DNA from: Phyllobates terribilis
Lineage: Eukaryota
Assembly: GCF_046119375.1 (NCBI RefSeq)
Contig: NW_027362767.1
Location: forward strand, 182,218,001-182,282,000
Direction of reading: 5' to 3'
DNA: 64,000 nucleotides
The position numbers and the translations under genes were made by a program. Within the stretch, counting starts at the first letter, position 1, and the number at the start of each line of letters is the position of its first letter. The notes under the pieces were generated by a model. The model was not told the DNA's origin and did not search any database. It saw only the letters and a list, made by a program, of their open reading frames with translations. Below, piece by piece: positions 1-10,626 of this stretch.

Positions 1-1
1 G

Positions 2-1279
2 CCAGCCGGTCGCCTCCTTCCTCTGCCAGTACCTGCTGCCCCCTGGCAGCATATAGCGATGGACTTCATAACTGATCTTCCCGTCTCTGCCGGTTGTACG
101 GTCATTTGGGTGGTCGCTGACCGCTTTTCCAAGATGGCTCACTTCATTCCCCTGCCAGGCCTCCCGTCTGCACCCGAGCTGGCTAAAGACTTTATCCGCC
201 ACATCTTCCGTCTTCATGGCCTGCCCCGTCACATCGTGTCGGATCGTGGGGTACAGTTCACTTCTCGTTTCTGGAGAGCCACTTGTAAATTGCTAGACGT
301 CACCCTGGACTTCTCCTCCGCTTACCACCCACAGTCTAATGGTCAAGTGGAGCGGATCAATCAGATCCTGACCAGTTACCTCCGGCACTTCGTTAATGCC
401 CACCATTCTGACTGGGTGGATCTCCTGCCATTGGCCGAATTCTCGTACAACAATCACGAGAGCGAATCTTCCTCCAAATCCCCGTTTTTTGTAGTCTTCG
501 GTCAGCATCCTCGGATCCCGTTTCCCGTCTCCACCTCGGTGGACAATCCGGCTGCGGAATCTCTTGTTAACAAATTTTCCTCCATATGGGAGAGTACCCG
601 GTCCGCACTCCTTCTGTCATCCGAGCGTATGAAAAGACATGCTGACAAAAAACGTCTGGATCCTCCTCAATTCCGTCCAGGGGATAAGGTCTGGCTCTCG
701 TCCAAGTATGTCCGGCTCAAGATTCCTTCCTATAAGTTAGGGCCTCGGTTCATCGGTCCTCTGGAGGTCATCAGTCAGATCAACCCGGTGGCCTATAAAT
801 TGAAACTCCCGGCCAACTTGCGGATCCCTAACTCCTTCCATGTATCTCTCCTCAAACCTGTGGTACTTAACTCTTTTTCCAAGTCTACAGGCACGCCTCC
901 TGCTCCGGTTTCCGCTGAAAACGAATTTGAGGTAGAGAACATTCTGGCCACCAAAAGGGTAAGAGGGAAGACCTTTTTTCTAGTAGATTGGAAGGGGTTT
1001 GGTCCTGAAGAGAGAACGTGGGAGCCCAGGGAGAACTTTCATGCCCCTCTCATCCTTGCTAAATTTCTGTCTGGCCTAAAAAAGGGGGGGCCTAAAGGGG
1101 GGGGTACTGTAGCGCCGGCGTCCCTGCCCTCTGCTAGGCAGGGACGCTGTTCCCCTCACCTCTCTGCTCCGAGCCCGGCGTCCTCCTCCCGCTCTGCTGG
1201 CAGCGCGCGCTCCTTCCCGGCCACTGTGCTTAGGGCGCGCGCTCCCTCCCTCTTAAAGGGGCCGCGCGCGCCGTCCTAA
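2..1279 (+). CDS. Gypsy pol C-terminal part: integrase core, GPY/F motif and chromodomain (5'-partial)
   Basis: Frame open from base 2 (PAGRLLPLPVPAAPWQHIAMDFITDLP). DDE-type residues in MDFITDL / VSDRG / QVERINQ, GPRFIGP motif, and chromodomain EFEVENIL...FLVDWKGFGPEERTWEP. No stop until 1277-1279, inside the LTR. Confidence 0.92.
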   Translation, partial: PAGRLLPLPVPAAPWQHIAMDFITDLPVSAGCTVIWVVADRFSKMAHFIPLPGLPSAPELAKDFIRHIFRLHGLPRHIVSDRGVQFTSRFWRATCKLLDVTLDFSSAYHPQSNGQVERINQILTSYLRHFVNAHHSDWVDLLPLAEFSYNNHESESSSKSPFFVVFGQHPRIPFPVSTSVDNPAAESLVNKFSSIWESTRSALLLSSERMKRHADKKRLDPPQFRPGDKVWLSSKYVRLKIPSYKLGPRFIGPLEVISQINPVAYKLKLPANLRIPNSFHVSLLKPVVLNSFSKSTGTPPAPVSAENEFEVENILATKRVRGKTFFLVDWKGFGPEERTWEPRENFHAPLILAKFLSGLKKGGPKGGGTVAPASLPSARQGRCSPHLSAPSPASSSRSAGSARSFPATVLRARAPSLLKGPRAPS

Positions 1280-2214
1280 GGAGTCCCCGGCCAATGGCCG
1301 GAGGACTTCACCATATATAAGGCACCTCCTCCAAAATGGAGGTGCCCGAGCAATGTTGTTGCACTGTTCACTACTCTGCTTCAGCCCTCAGGTCCCGTTG
1401 CCAGTTACCTGTCAGTTACCTGCCTGATTCCTGCCAGTTTGCTGTCTGTTTCCTGCCTGATATTCCTGCTACCTGCTTGCTAGCCTGAGGTCCGACGGTC
1501 TGCCTTCCTACTCCTGTCAGTCTGTCTATGGACCAGCTTGGCCGCTCACCTGGGAGCGCACATCTGCTACCTGCCTGCTAGCCTACCTGGAGGCTCCGCC
1601 GTCACGTGCTGTGACCACCTGCTATTCCAGAGACTCCTGGGAGCGCTCCTCCGCTACCTGCCTGCTTGCCTACCTGGAGGCTCCGCCGTCACGTGCTGTG
1701 ACCACCTGCTATTCCAGAGACTCTTGCCCGCTCACCTGGGAGCGCTCCTCCGCTACCTGCCTGTTTGCCTACCTGGAAGATCCGCCGTCACATGCTGTGA
1801 CCACCCGTTCATCCAGAGACTCTCGCTTGCTCACCTGGGAGCATACATCTTCCATCTGCCTGCTAGCCTACCTGGAGGTTCAGCCATCACAGGTCGTACC
1901 TACCCTTTACCCAGAGACTGCCCCGGTCACTTGCCGTGACCTCCAGCCCGTTCATCCAGAGACTGCCCCGGTCACTTGCCGTGACCTCCAGCCCGTTCTT
2001 CCAGAGACTGCCCCGGTCACTTGCCGTGACCTCCAGCTCGTTCATCCAGAGACTGCCCCGGTCATTTGCCGTGACCTCCTGCCCGTTCACCCAGAGACTG
2101 TCCCGGTCACCTGCTGTGACTGCCTGCCCGTCTTCCCTGGTCGCCACCCGCTCCCTTACAAGGACCGCCCCCTTGTATAGTAGCTCTGAGGTTCCGCCTC
2201 CCAGACCCGTTACA
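1108..2214 (+). repeat. 3' LTR of Gypsy A (about 1.1 kb) with CCAAT, TATA and internal tandem arrays
   Basis: TGTA...TACA termini directly after the PPT. GGCCAAT at about 1290, TATATAA at 1314-1320. About 95-110 bp repeats at 1541-1900 and 45-bp repeats at 1911-2130. Confidence 0.85.
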
Positions 2215-5200
2215 TGAGGATCCTCCGGATCCCCTAGGCCCAGGCTTATCAGGAAACCTCTTGTGAAACGCTCTGACAAGTCTGGAAGCAGAAACATCAT
2301 CTGCCCTCACCCATGAGTTATCCTCGGGACCGAAACCCTTCCAAGCGACGAGATACTGCAAACTCCCTCTATACCGTCTAGAATTAAGGATGCGGGAAAT
2401 TTCATATTCCCCGTCCTCCACCACCGGAGAAACAGTGGCAGTGGCGTCTCTATCTGATACATAAGCTTTTTTCAATAGAGAAACATGAAACACTGGATTA
2501 ATCTTCCAGGAGGTAGGAACCTCCAACCTAACAGCAGATTGGTTAACTACCTGAAGCACCTTAAAGGGCCCTACAAACTTGGGACCCAATTTTTTAGAAG
2601 GAATCCTCAACCGCAGATTCTTAGAGGACAACCAAACCATGTCACCAACCGTAAACAAAACCTCTTGACGTTTCCTGTCAAAGTACCTCTTAGATTTTTT
2701 GTTAGCCTCCTGAAGATTACCACGCACATCCGTCCAAACTCTTTCCAAATCACCGGAAAAACTCTCCTCCTGAGGCACAGCCGATACCAATTTGGAGAAT
2801 GATCCAAAAGACGGATGTCTCCCAGAACAACAAAAAAAAGGCGAACACCCAGCAGAAGAGGATGTATGGTTGTTAAGAGCAAATTCAGCAAGAGGCAGAA
2901 ACTCAGACCACCCCTCTTGATTGTCTGCCACAAAACAACGCAAGAACTGCTCAACATCCTGGTTCTTCCTTTCTGTCTGGCCATTAGACTCAGGATGATA
3001 TCCAGATGAAAATGACAAATGAACTCCCAACCTGTCACAAAAGGCACGCCAAAAACGAGCCACGAACTGAGGTCCCCTATCAGAAACAATGTCAGTAGGA
3101 ACGCCATGGAGTCTGACAATCTCCTTGACAAAGGCCTTAGCGAGTGTCTTAGCGCAGGGCAGTTTGATGAAGGGAACCAAGTGACACATCTTGCTAAAAC
3201 GGTCCACGACCACCCAGATGACTGTGAAACCCTCAGAGGGGGGAAGGTCAGTAATAAAGTCCATAGCCAGATGTGTCCAGGGTGCACTAGGAACCTCCAG
3301 AGGGCAAAGCAACCCCGCAGCAGGAGTATGTGAAGACTTAGATCTAGCACACACAGTACATTGACGCACCCACTTAATGACCTCCTTCTGCCATCCAGGC
3401 CACCAAAAACTGCGAGCCACAAGTCTCTTGGTCTCAGAAATTCCAGGATGACCTGCCAACCGAGACTCATGACACTCAACAAACAAATCTCTCCTAAAGG
3501 TCCTAGGCACAAACAACCTCCCATGGGGAGTGTTAGATGGGGCATTCTCCTGTGCTTTAAGAATCTCATCTTCCAAAACGTAGTCCAATGCAGCAATCAC
3601 AACACCTTCTTGTAAAATGCTCTCCTCCTCCTCAGCACCGACCATGGGAGAAAAGCTGCGAGACAAAGCATCAGCTTTAATATTCTTGGTACCCGGGATG
3701 TAAGTAACGGAAAAATTAAACCGCAAAAAAAAAGTGCCCACCTAGCCTGACGGGCATTCAAGCGCTTGGCAGCATCAAGATAGATCAGATTTTTATGATC
3801 AGTGAAAACCTGAATGGGAAAATAAGCACCTTCCAAGAGATGACGCCAGTGTTCAAATGCGAGTTTAATAGCCAGCAATTCCTGATTACCAGTATCGTAA
3901 TAAAGTTCAGTCTCAGAAATTTTTTTTGAAAAAAAGGCACAGGGATGTACTCCATCCTTGTTTTCCTGAGACAACACCGCGCCGACCCCCACCGAAGAAG
4001 CATCAACCTCAACCAAAAACGGCTTAGTCACATCAGGCTGCATAAGGATGGGGGCAGAGCTGAACCTCTCCTTTAGAAACACAAAAGCTTCAATGGCCTC
4101 AGTAGTCCACTGAACCGCATTAGCACCTTTCCTGGTGAGATCAGTCAGTGGTTTAACAATAATAGAAAATTTTTTAATGAATTTTCTGTAATAATTGGCG
4201 AAACCCAAAAACCTCTGTATCGATTTCAAACCAATAGGCCTAGTCCATTCCTGCACAGCTTGAACTTTCACCGGGTCCATCTCAAAGCCCTCGCTGGAGA
4301 TAATGTAGCCCAAAAAACTAATTCTCTGTACAGCGAACTCACATTTCTCCAGCTTAGCAAAAAGCGAATTGTCAATCAATAACTGCAATACCTCACGTAC
4401 GCTCCGCCAATGAGACTCCAGATCCGGCGAATAAATCAAAATGTCATCCAAATACACAACCACATTTCTGCCGATCAAAGGTCTAAGGATGTCATTAATA
4501 AGATTCTGAAAAAATGCTGGTGCATTGGTAAGACCAAAAGGCATAACCAGATTCTCAAAATGACCCACAGGAGTGTTAAAAGCAGTCTTCCATTCATCAC
4601 CCTCCTTCATACGCAACAAATTGTATGCCCCCTTAAGGTCAATTTTAGAGAACCACTTGGCCCCCACTAACTGGTTAAACAAATCAGGAATCAATGGCAG
4701 TGGGTAGGGATTGCGTACAGTAATTTTATTAATCTCGCGAAAGTCCAAACAAGGACGTAAACCGCCGTCCTTTTTTTTAACAAAAACAAATCCAACAGTC
4801 ACAGGTGACTTAGAGAGTCAGATATGACCGGCGGCCAAGCTTGTCTGTATGTATTCCTCCAAAGCCTTTCTCTCAGGAATAGTCAGATTAAATAAACGAC
4901 TTTTAGGAAGAGTCGCTCCAGGGACAAATTCAATGGTACAATCATAGTCTCTATGGGGAGGCAAAATTTGCGACTCCCCCTCAGAAAAAAATTTCCAAAA
5001 ATCCTGAATAGGTACAGGTAATTCCCCTTTATCCACAGCAGCAATGCGCCCGTTACAACACTTGTCATAACACTTAGGGCTCCAGGACTTAATTTCATTG
5101 GTAGACCAATTCAGTACAGGATTGTGCAATTTTAACCAGGGCAACCCCAAAACTATTGGAGAAGGCAAATTATTTAATACCACCAAATCCAAATTTTCTT

Positions 5201-5430
5201 GGTGAATACCATTAATAGTGAGGGGAAATTCATAAACCTTGTGAGTAACATATTTCAAGGGAGAGCCATCGACAGAAACCACGGCAATAGGGGATGACAA
5301 AGGTTTGGGTTTTAAATTAAGTTTTTCCAAGAATCCCCCATCAATCACATTCAGAGTTGAACCACAATCCACAAATACCCGAAATTCAATTAATTCTTCC
5401 TGAGCTGCGGTAGTAGCAGAAAGAAATACA
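2215..5430 (-). pseudogene. Gypsy B pol (PR-RT-RH-IN-chromodomain), disrupted
   Basis: Protease FVDCGST, RT YLDD (VVYLDDILIYS), RNase H VEVDAS...TDHKNL, integrase MDFITDLP / SDRG / QTERKN, chromodomain YEISRIL...YLVAWKG. In-frame TGA at 4818-4820 (GHI*, where R is expected) and a 1-bp frameshift in a T run at about 3725. Confidence 0.9.
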
Positions 5431-5449
5431 CCCTTAGTGTTTAAACAGG

Positions 5450-6268
5450 CTATACGGGCGTAACTGACCTTTTTTTGTCTTTGTTCATACGAAGCACACA
5501 GTTCTTAATGAAATGGTCAGATTTGCAGCAATAAAAGCACAAACCTTCAGAAAACTTACGGTCTTTTTCCTGAGAGCGGGGTGACATCGCCCCAATCTCC
5601 ATCGGCTCTCCAGTGTCAGTACAGACCCTCTCAAGACTCGGAGCTGACATGGCAGAGGATTTACTCTCATTAACCCTTGCACGCAGTCTCCTGTCCACCC
5701 GTATAGCTAATTGCATAGCCTCCTGCAAGTTTCCAGGTGTAGGATAAGCAATCAGCAGATCCTTAACCCTTTCACCTAGCCCAGCAAGAAACAAACTTTT
5801 CAGAGCTGAATCGTTCCACCCCACCTGAGCAGACCACCGACGGAAGCGAGTACAATAATTTTCCACATTACCTGATCCCTGCCTCAATTCCGTCTCAGCT
5901 GATGAGACACGATCAGGATCATCATACAACAACCCCAAAGCAGAAAAAAAACTATCCACTGATCTAAAGCACGGATCACTAGGTTGGAGAGAAAAGGCCC
6001 ATCCCTGAGGTTCTTTGCGCAAAAGTGACATTATGAACCCTGTGCAATGTGATTCATCACCAGAGGATCTGGGTCTCAAATGAAAATACAACAAACATGC
6101 ATTTTTAAAGGAAAAAAAATCTTGTTGTTCACCAAAAAATAAATCAGGCAATCGTACCTTTGGCTCCACAAAATGCGCTCCAGAACAGCTACTCACGTGT
6201 TGTTGGAGCTCGGCCACCTCCAGAGAGAGTCCCTGCAGGCGTTGAGCCAAATCCTGAACCGACACCAT
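5450..6268 (-). CDS. Gypsy B gag (273 codons) with CCHC zinc knuckle
   Basis: ATG at 6268 (MVSVQDLAQ...). PKVRLPDLFFG and EPMEIG retrotransposon-gag motifs; C-FY-C-CKSD-H-FIKN-C knuckle. Pol follows in the -1 frame. Confidence 0.88.
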   Translation of the reverse strand: MVSVQDLAQRLQGLSLEVAELQQHVSSCSGAHFVEPKVRLPDLFFGEQQDFFSFKNACLLYFHLRPRSSGDESHCTGFIMSLLRKEPQGWAFSLQPSDPCFRSVDSFFSALGLLYDDPDRVSSAETELRQGSGNVENYCTRFRRWSAQVGWNDSALKSLFLAGLGERVKDLLIAYPTPGNLQEAMQLAIRVDRRLRARVNESKSSAMSAPSLERVCTDTGEPMEIGAMSPRSQEKDRKFSEGLCFYCCKSDHFIKNCVLRMNKDKKRSVTPV

Positions 6269-6318
6269 GATGGAAACTGGAGGTCTTTCCTTAGAGAAAT
6301 TTTTTGGGCTGGACTTAC

Positions 6319-6742
6319 TGTTATGATCTGCTACAAGCACTAAGGAAAGACAGGAGATCTGTCCCTACAATAGAACTAAGCTAGATCCCTACGATGTAAC
6401 GGGGAACCTGATCCTGCGATCAGACCCGCTAAAGTCCTCAGCTAGTCTGAACGAAGACCTATAGATGTGAGGGAGGGATCCCTACAAGAACTAGGGACTG
6501 GGAAAAAGATGGACACCTCCTAGCAGAAATTGTAGCAGTAAAAAGACAAACAAACAACATAGAACATAAAGGTCAAAAGACCTAGCTAAACTGACTGAGA
6601 AAGGTTACAAAGTACCTGGCTAGCTTAAGAGTAGAAATTACAATGGAGTCCAGCATGGCCAGAAGGGCGGAGCAGGATTAAATAGGCAAAAACGGTCATG
6701 TGACCAGCAAAATAGAAAAAAACTAACAGGAGAGTTCTAACA
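6319..6742 (-). repeat. 5' LTR of Gypsy B (424 bp)
   Basis: TGTTA...TAACA inverted termini. TATTTAA TATA box on the minus strand at 6684-6678. Sits directly upstream of the PBS and gag. Confidence 0.85.
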
Positions 6743-7136
6743 GTATACTGTTGAGTGGTGGCACTTCTTTGCTGATTTTGGGACTTGTGACAAAACATTT
6801 TTGACAGGCTTTGACATGTTGGTGAACATTGTTCTTCATTCCCTTCCAGTAATAATGGTCAGAAATTTTAGCAAATGTTTTATCTCTGCCAAAATGGCCA
6901 CCAGAAGTTGGGTTGTCGTGACAGGCCTTCAGGATATTTGGCAGTCGTCTTTTAGTGAGAGCCTCCTTTTTTCCATAGTATATAATCCCTTTCTCTGCTC
7001 GATATGGCTTAGATGTTTGTCTAAACTGGGACTTGGCATTTGAACGTTTCTCTGGAGGTAGATCGTAGATCCACTTGGGGGACTTTTGTTCTGTTGCAGT
7101 GTACGTAGAATCTCAAAAGCTGATCATACCTTCCAT
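6743..7136 (-). pseudogene. Decayed Ginger/GIN-like (gypsy-integrase-type) transposase N-terminus with H2C2 zinc finger, truncated by Gypsy B
   Basis: My translation of the minus strand, about 7076-6743, is an open frame absent from the ORF track: KWIYDLPPEKRSNAKSQFRQTSKPYRAEKGIIYYGKKEALTKRRLPNILKACHDNPTSGGHFGRDKTFAKISDHYYWKGMKNNVHQHVKACQKCFVTSPKISKEVPPLNSI. This contains the H-x7-H ... C-x2-C integrase zinc finger. A candidate ATG lies at 7136 and no RNase H is recognisable upstream. Confidence 0.65.
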
Positions 7137-7705
7137 TGTTGTCAAAATTGGAAAACGTTTTTGTTGGAGGTGTTCCAAGTTCACTTTATATACAGTACCT
7201 TATCAGGATAGAATAGGAACTCACACTGGAGAACTTAAAGTGCATATCATAGAGAGCAGGGAGAAACATACATAACAAGTCACAACACATAACATTAACT
7301 ATGCACTGATGGAACTGCACCATCTACTGTCAGTTCAATGTAATGCCTCCAACACATGCGGTAAGTCTAGTCCACCCGTTCCCATTCACTAGATTTGCTG
7401 CTGATTTTCCACAGGGAAAAAATCAGCAGCCAATCTGCATCAAAATCCGCATCCCAATGATGTGGATTTTTTGTACAGAATCACAGCAGATTTCTCCGTG
7501 TCACGTGGAAGAGGGAAATCTGCTGCAGACCGCATCAAAATCTGACAAAAGCCGCATGAAATGGTATATGGTTTGTGCATGTGCATCTATATATAGTGTA
7601 GCACTACAGCAGCAAAAACACACTAATATTCTGCCCTAGAGGAGTATAGACCATGGGTATATTATAGGCTAGGCCAAACTATACCCCGGGGTATTAATTG
7701 GACTA

Positions 7706-8158
7706 GGCCAGATTATACTCCTCCGCGCCAGAATATACCCCAGCTGCTGTAGATCAGATTTTTCACGCTTATGAGAACCATTGAGTGATATACTCAAGAA
7801 CGGGGCCCCAGAAGTCGCACAGGGGCCCCAAACATCGCACAGGATTGAGTGATATACTCAAGAACGGGGCCCCAGACATCGCTCAGGGGGTCCCAAACAG
7901 TGCACAGGGGGGCAGAGGCAGCACACAGGGGCCCTGCGCGCTGTCTCCCCCCCCCCCCTGCGTGCTATCTCTGCCCCTCTGTGCGCTGTCTCTGGCTCCC
8001 TGTGCGCTGTCTGCGGCCCCTGTGTGCTGCCTGGGGCCCCTGTGCACTTACTGGGGCCCCGTTCTTGAGTATATCACTCAATGGTTCTCAAAAGCATGAA
8101 AAATCTGATCTACAGCAGCTGGGGGTATATTCTGGCCCAGAGGGGTATAATCTGGGCC
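7706..8158. mobile_element. Palindromic non-autonomous element (MITE-like) with about 105-bp inverted arms
   Basis: 7706-7809 is a near-perfect reverse complement of 8053-8158 (e.g. ATTGAGTGATATACTCAAGAACGGGGCCCC). A partial extra left arm lies at 7844-7872. Confidence 0.7.
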
Positions 8159-8192
8159 ACTTTAACCCCGAGTATATTCTGGGCGGGGGGTT

Positions 8193-10626
8193 AATTTGGC
8201 CTGTTTACCGGGAACACCACACAAGACCTGCCGTATACCAGGAAGATCCCACAAGACCTGCCGTATACCGGGAACACCCCACAAGACCTGCCGTATACCG
8301 GGAACATCCCACAAGACCTGCCGTATACCGGGAACATCCCACAAGACCTGCTGTATACAGGGAACACCACACACGACCAGCCATTACCGGGAACACCCCA
8401 CAAGACCTGCCGTATACAGGGAACACCACACAAGACCTGCCGTATACCAGAAACACCCCACAAGACCTGCTGTATACAGGGAACACCCCACAAGACCTGC
8501 CGTATACAGGGAACACCCCACAAGACCTGCTGTATACAGGTAACACCACACAAGACCTGCCGTATACCAGGAACACCCCACAAGACCTGCTGTATACCGG
8601 GAACACCCCACAAGACCTGCTGTATACTGGGAACACCCCACAAGACCTGCTGTATACAGGGAACACCCCACAAGACCTGCTGTATACAGGGAACACCCCA
8701 AAAGACCTGCTGTATACCCGGAACACCCCACAAGACCTGCTGTATACAGGGAACACCCCACAAGACCTGCTGTATACAGGGAAGACCCCACAAGACCTGC
8801 TGTATACCGGGAACATCCCACAAGACCTGCCGTATACAGGGAACCCCCCACAAGACCTGCCGTATACAGGGAACCCCCCACAAGACCTGCTCTATACAGG
8901 GAACACCCCACAAGACCTGCTGTATACAGGGAACACCACACAAGACCTGCTCTATACAGGGAACATCCCACAAGACCTGCTGTATACAGGGAACACCCCA
9001 CAAGACCTGCTGTATACAGGGAACACCCCACAAGACCTGCCATATACCGGGAACATCCCACAAGACCTGCCGTATACAGGGAACACCCCACAAGACCTGC
9101 CGTATACAGGGAACCCCCCACAAGACCAGCTGTATACAGGGAACACCACACAAGACCTGCTGTATACCGGGAACATCCCACAAGACCTGCCGTATACCGG
9201 GAACATCCCACAAGACCTGCCGTATACCGGGAACATCCCACAAGACCTGCTGTATACAGGGAACACCCCACAAGACCTGCCGTATACCGGGAACACCCCA
9301 CAAGACCTGCTGTATACAGGGAAGACCCCACAAGACCTGCCGTATACCGGGAACACCCCACAAGACCTGCCATATACCGGGAACATCCCACAAGACCTGC
9401 CGTATACAGGGAACACCCCACAAGACCTGCCGTATACAGGGAACCCCCCACAAGACCAGCCGTATACAGGGAACACCACACAAGACCTGCCGTATACCGG
9501 GAACACCACACAAGACCTGCCGTATACCGGGAACATCACACAAGACCTGCCGTATACCGGGAACATCCCACAAGACCTGCCGTATACCGGGAACATCCCA
9601 CAAGACCTGCTGTATACAGGGAACATCCCACAAGAACCTGCCGTATACTGGGAACACCACACAAGACCTGCCGTATACCGGGAACACCCCACAAGACCTG
9701 CCGTATACCGGGAACACCCCACAAGACCTGCCATATACAGGGAACACCCCACAAGACCTGCCGTATACCGGGAACACCCCACAAGACCTGCCGTATACAG
9801 GGAACCCCCCACAAGACCAGCCGTATACCGGGAACACCCCACAAGACCTGCCGTATACCGGGAACACCCCACAAGACCTGCCGTATACAGGGAACCCCCC
9901 ACAAGACCAGCCGTATACAGGGAACACCACACAAGACCTGCCGTATACCGGGAACATCCCACAAGACCTGCTGTATACAGGGAACATCCCACAAGACCTG
10001 CCGTATACTGGGAACACCACACAAGACCTGCCGTATACCGGGAACACCCCACAAGACCTGCTGTATACAGGGAACATCCCACAAGACCTGCCATATACAG
10101 GGAACACCCCACAAGACCTGCCATATACAGGGAACACTACATAAGACCTGCCGTATACAGGGAACACTACATAAGACCTGCCATATACAGGGAACACCCC
10201 ACAAGACCTGCCGTATACCGGGAACACCCCACTAGACCTGCTGTATACAGGGAACACCCCACAAGACCTGCTGTATACAGGGAACATCCCACAAGACCTG
10301 CCATATACAGGGAACACCCCACAAGACCTGCCATATACAGGGAACACTACATAAGACCTGCCGTATACAGGGAACATCCCACAAGACCTGCCATATACAG
10401 GGAACACCCCACAAGACCTGCCATATACAGGGAACACTACATAAGACCTGCCGTATACAGGGAACACCCCACAAGACCTGCCATATACAGGGAACACCCC
10501 ACAAGACCTGCCGTATACCGGGAACACCCCACTAGACCTGCCGTATACAGGTAACACCCCACAAGACCTGCCGTATACAGGGAACACCCCACAAGACCAG
10601 CCGTATACCGGGAACACCCCACAAGT
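8193..10626. repeat. 30-bp minisatellite, about 80 copies (ACAAGACCTGCCGTATACCGGGAACACCCC)
   Basis: Directly visible tandem array with variant units; it explains the long spurious ORFs at 7849-10617. Confidence 0.97.

Larger units (their letters stand above)
1..2214 (+). mobile_element. Ty3/Gypsy chromovirus LTR retrotransposon A, 3' part (integrase-chromodomain, PPT, 3' LTR); 5' part lies upstream of the window
   Basis: Integrase and chromodomain coding, then a polypurine tract (AAAAAGGGGGGGCCTAAAGGGGGGGGTAC, about 1079-1107), then an LTR starting TGTAG at 1108 and ending GTTACA at 2214. Confidence 0.93.
2215..6742 (-). mobile_element. Ty3/Gypsy chromovirus LTR retrotransposon B (5' LTR, gag, pol), cut just before its PPT by element A
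   Basis: On the minus strand: LTR 6742-6319, gag, protease, RT, RNase H, integrase and chromodomain. Pol coding (...RFPDKPGPRGSGGSS) abuts the right end of LTR A at 2214/2215. Confidence 0.93.

Noticed and set aside
1911-2130. GGTCA...TGACC as an oestrogen response element
   Set aside because: The spacer is 7 nt rather than the 3 nt of a canonical ERE.
5465-5480. A7 run as the gag-pol -1 slippery site
   Set aside because: Pol is in the -1 frame, but the run does not fit X XXY YYZ in the gag frame; the site may have decayed.
7849-10617. ORFs of 800-900 aa on both strands
   Set aside because: They are translations of a 30-bp minisatellite lacking stops in several frames; frames shift at unit indels and there are no gene signals.
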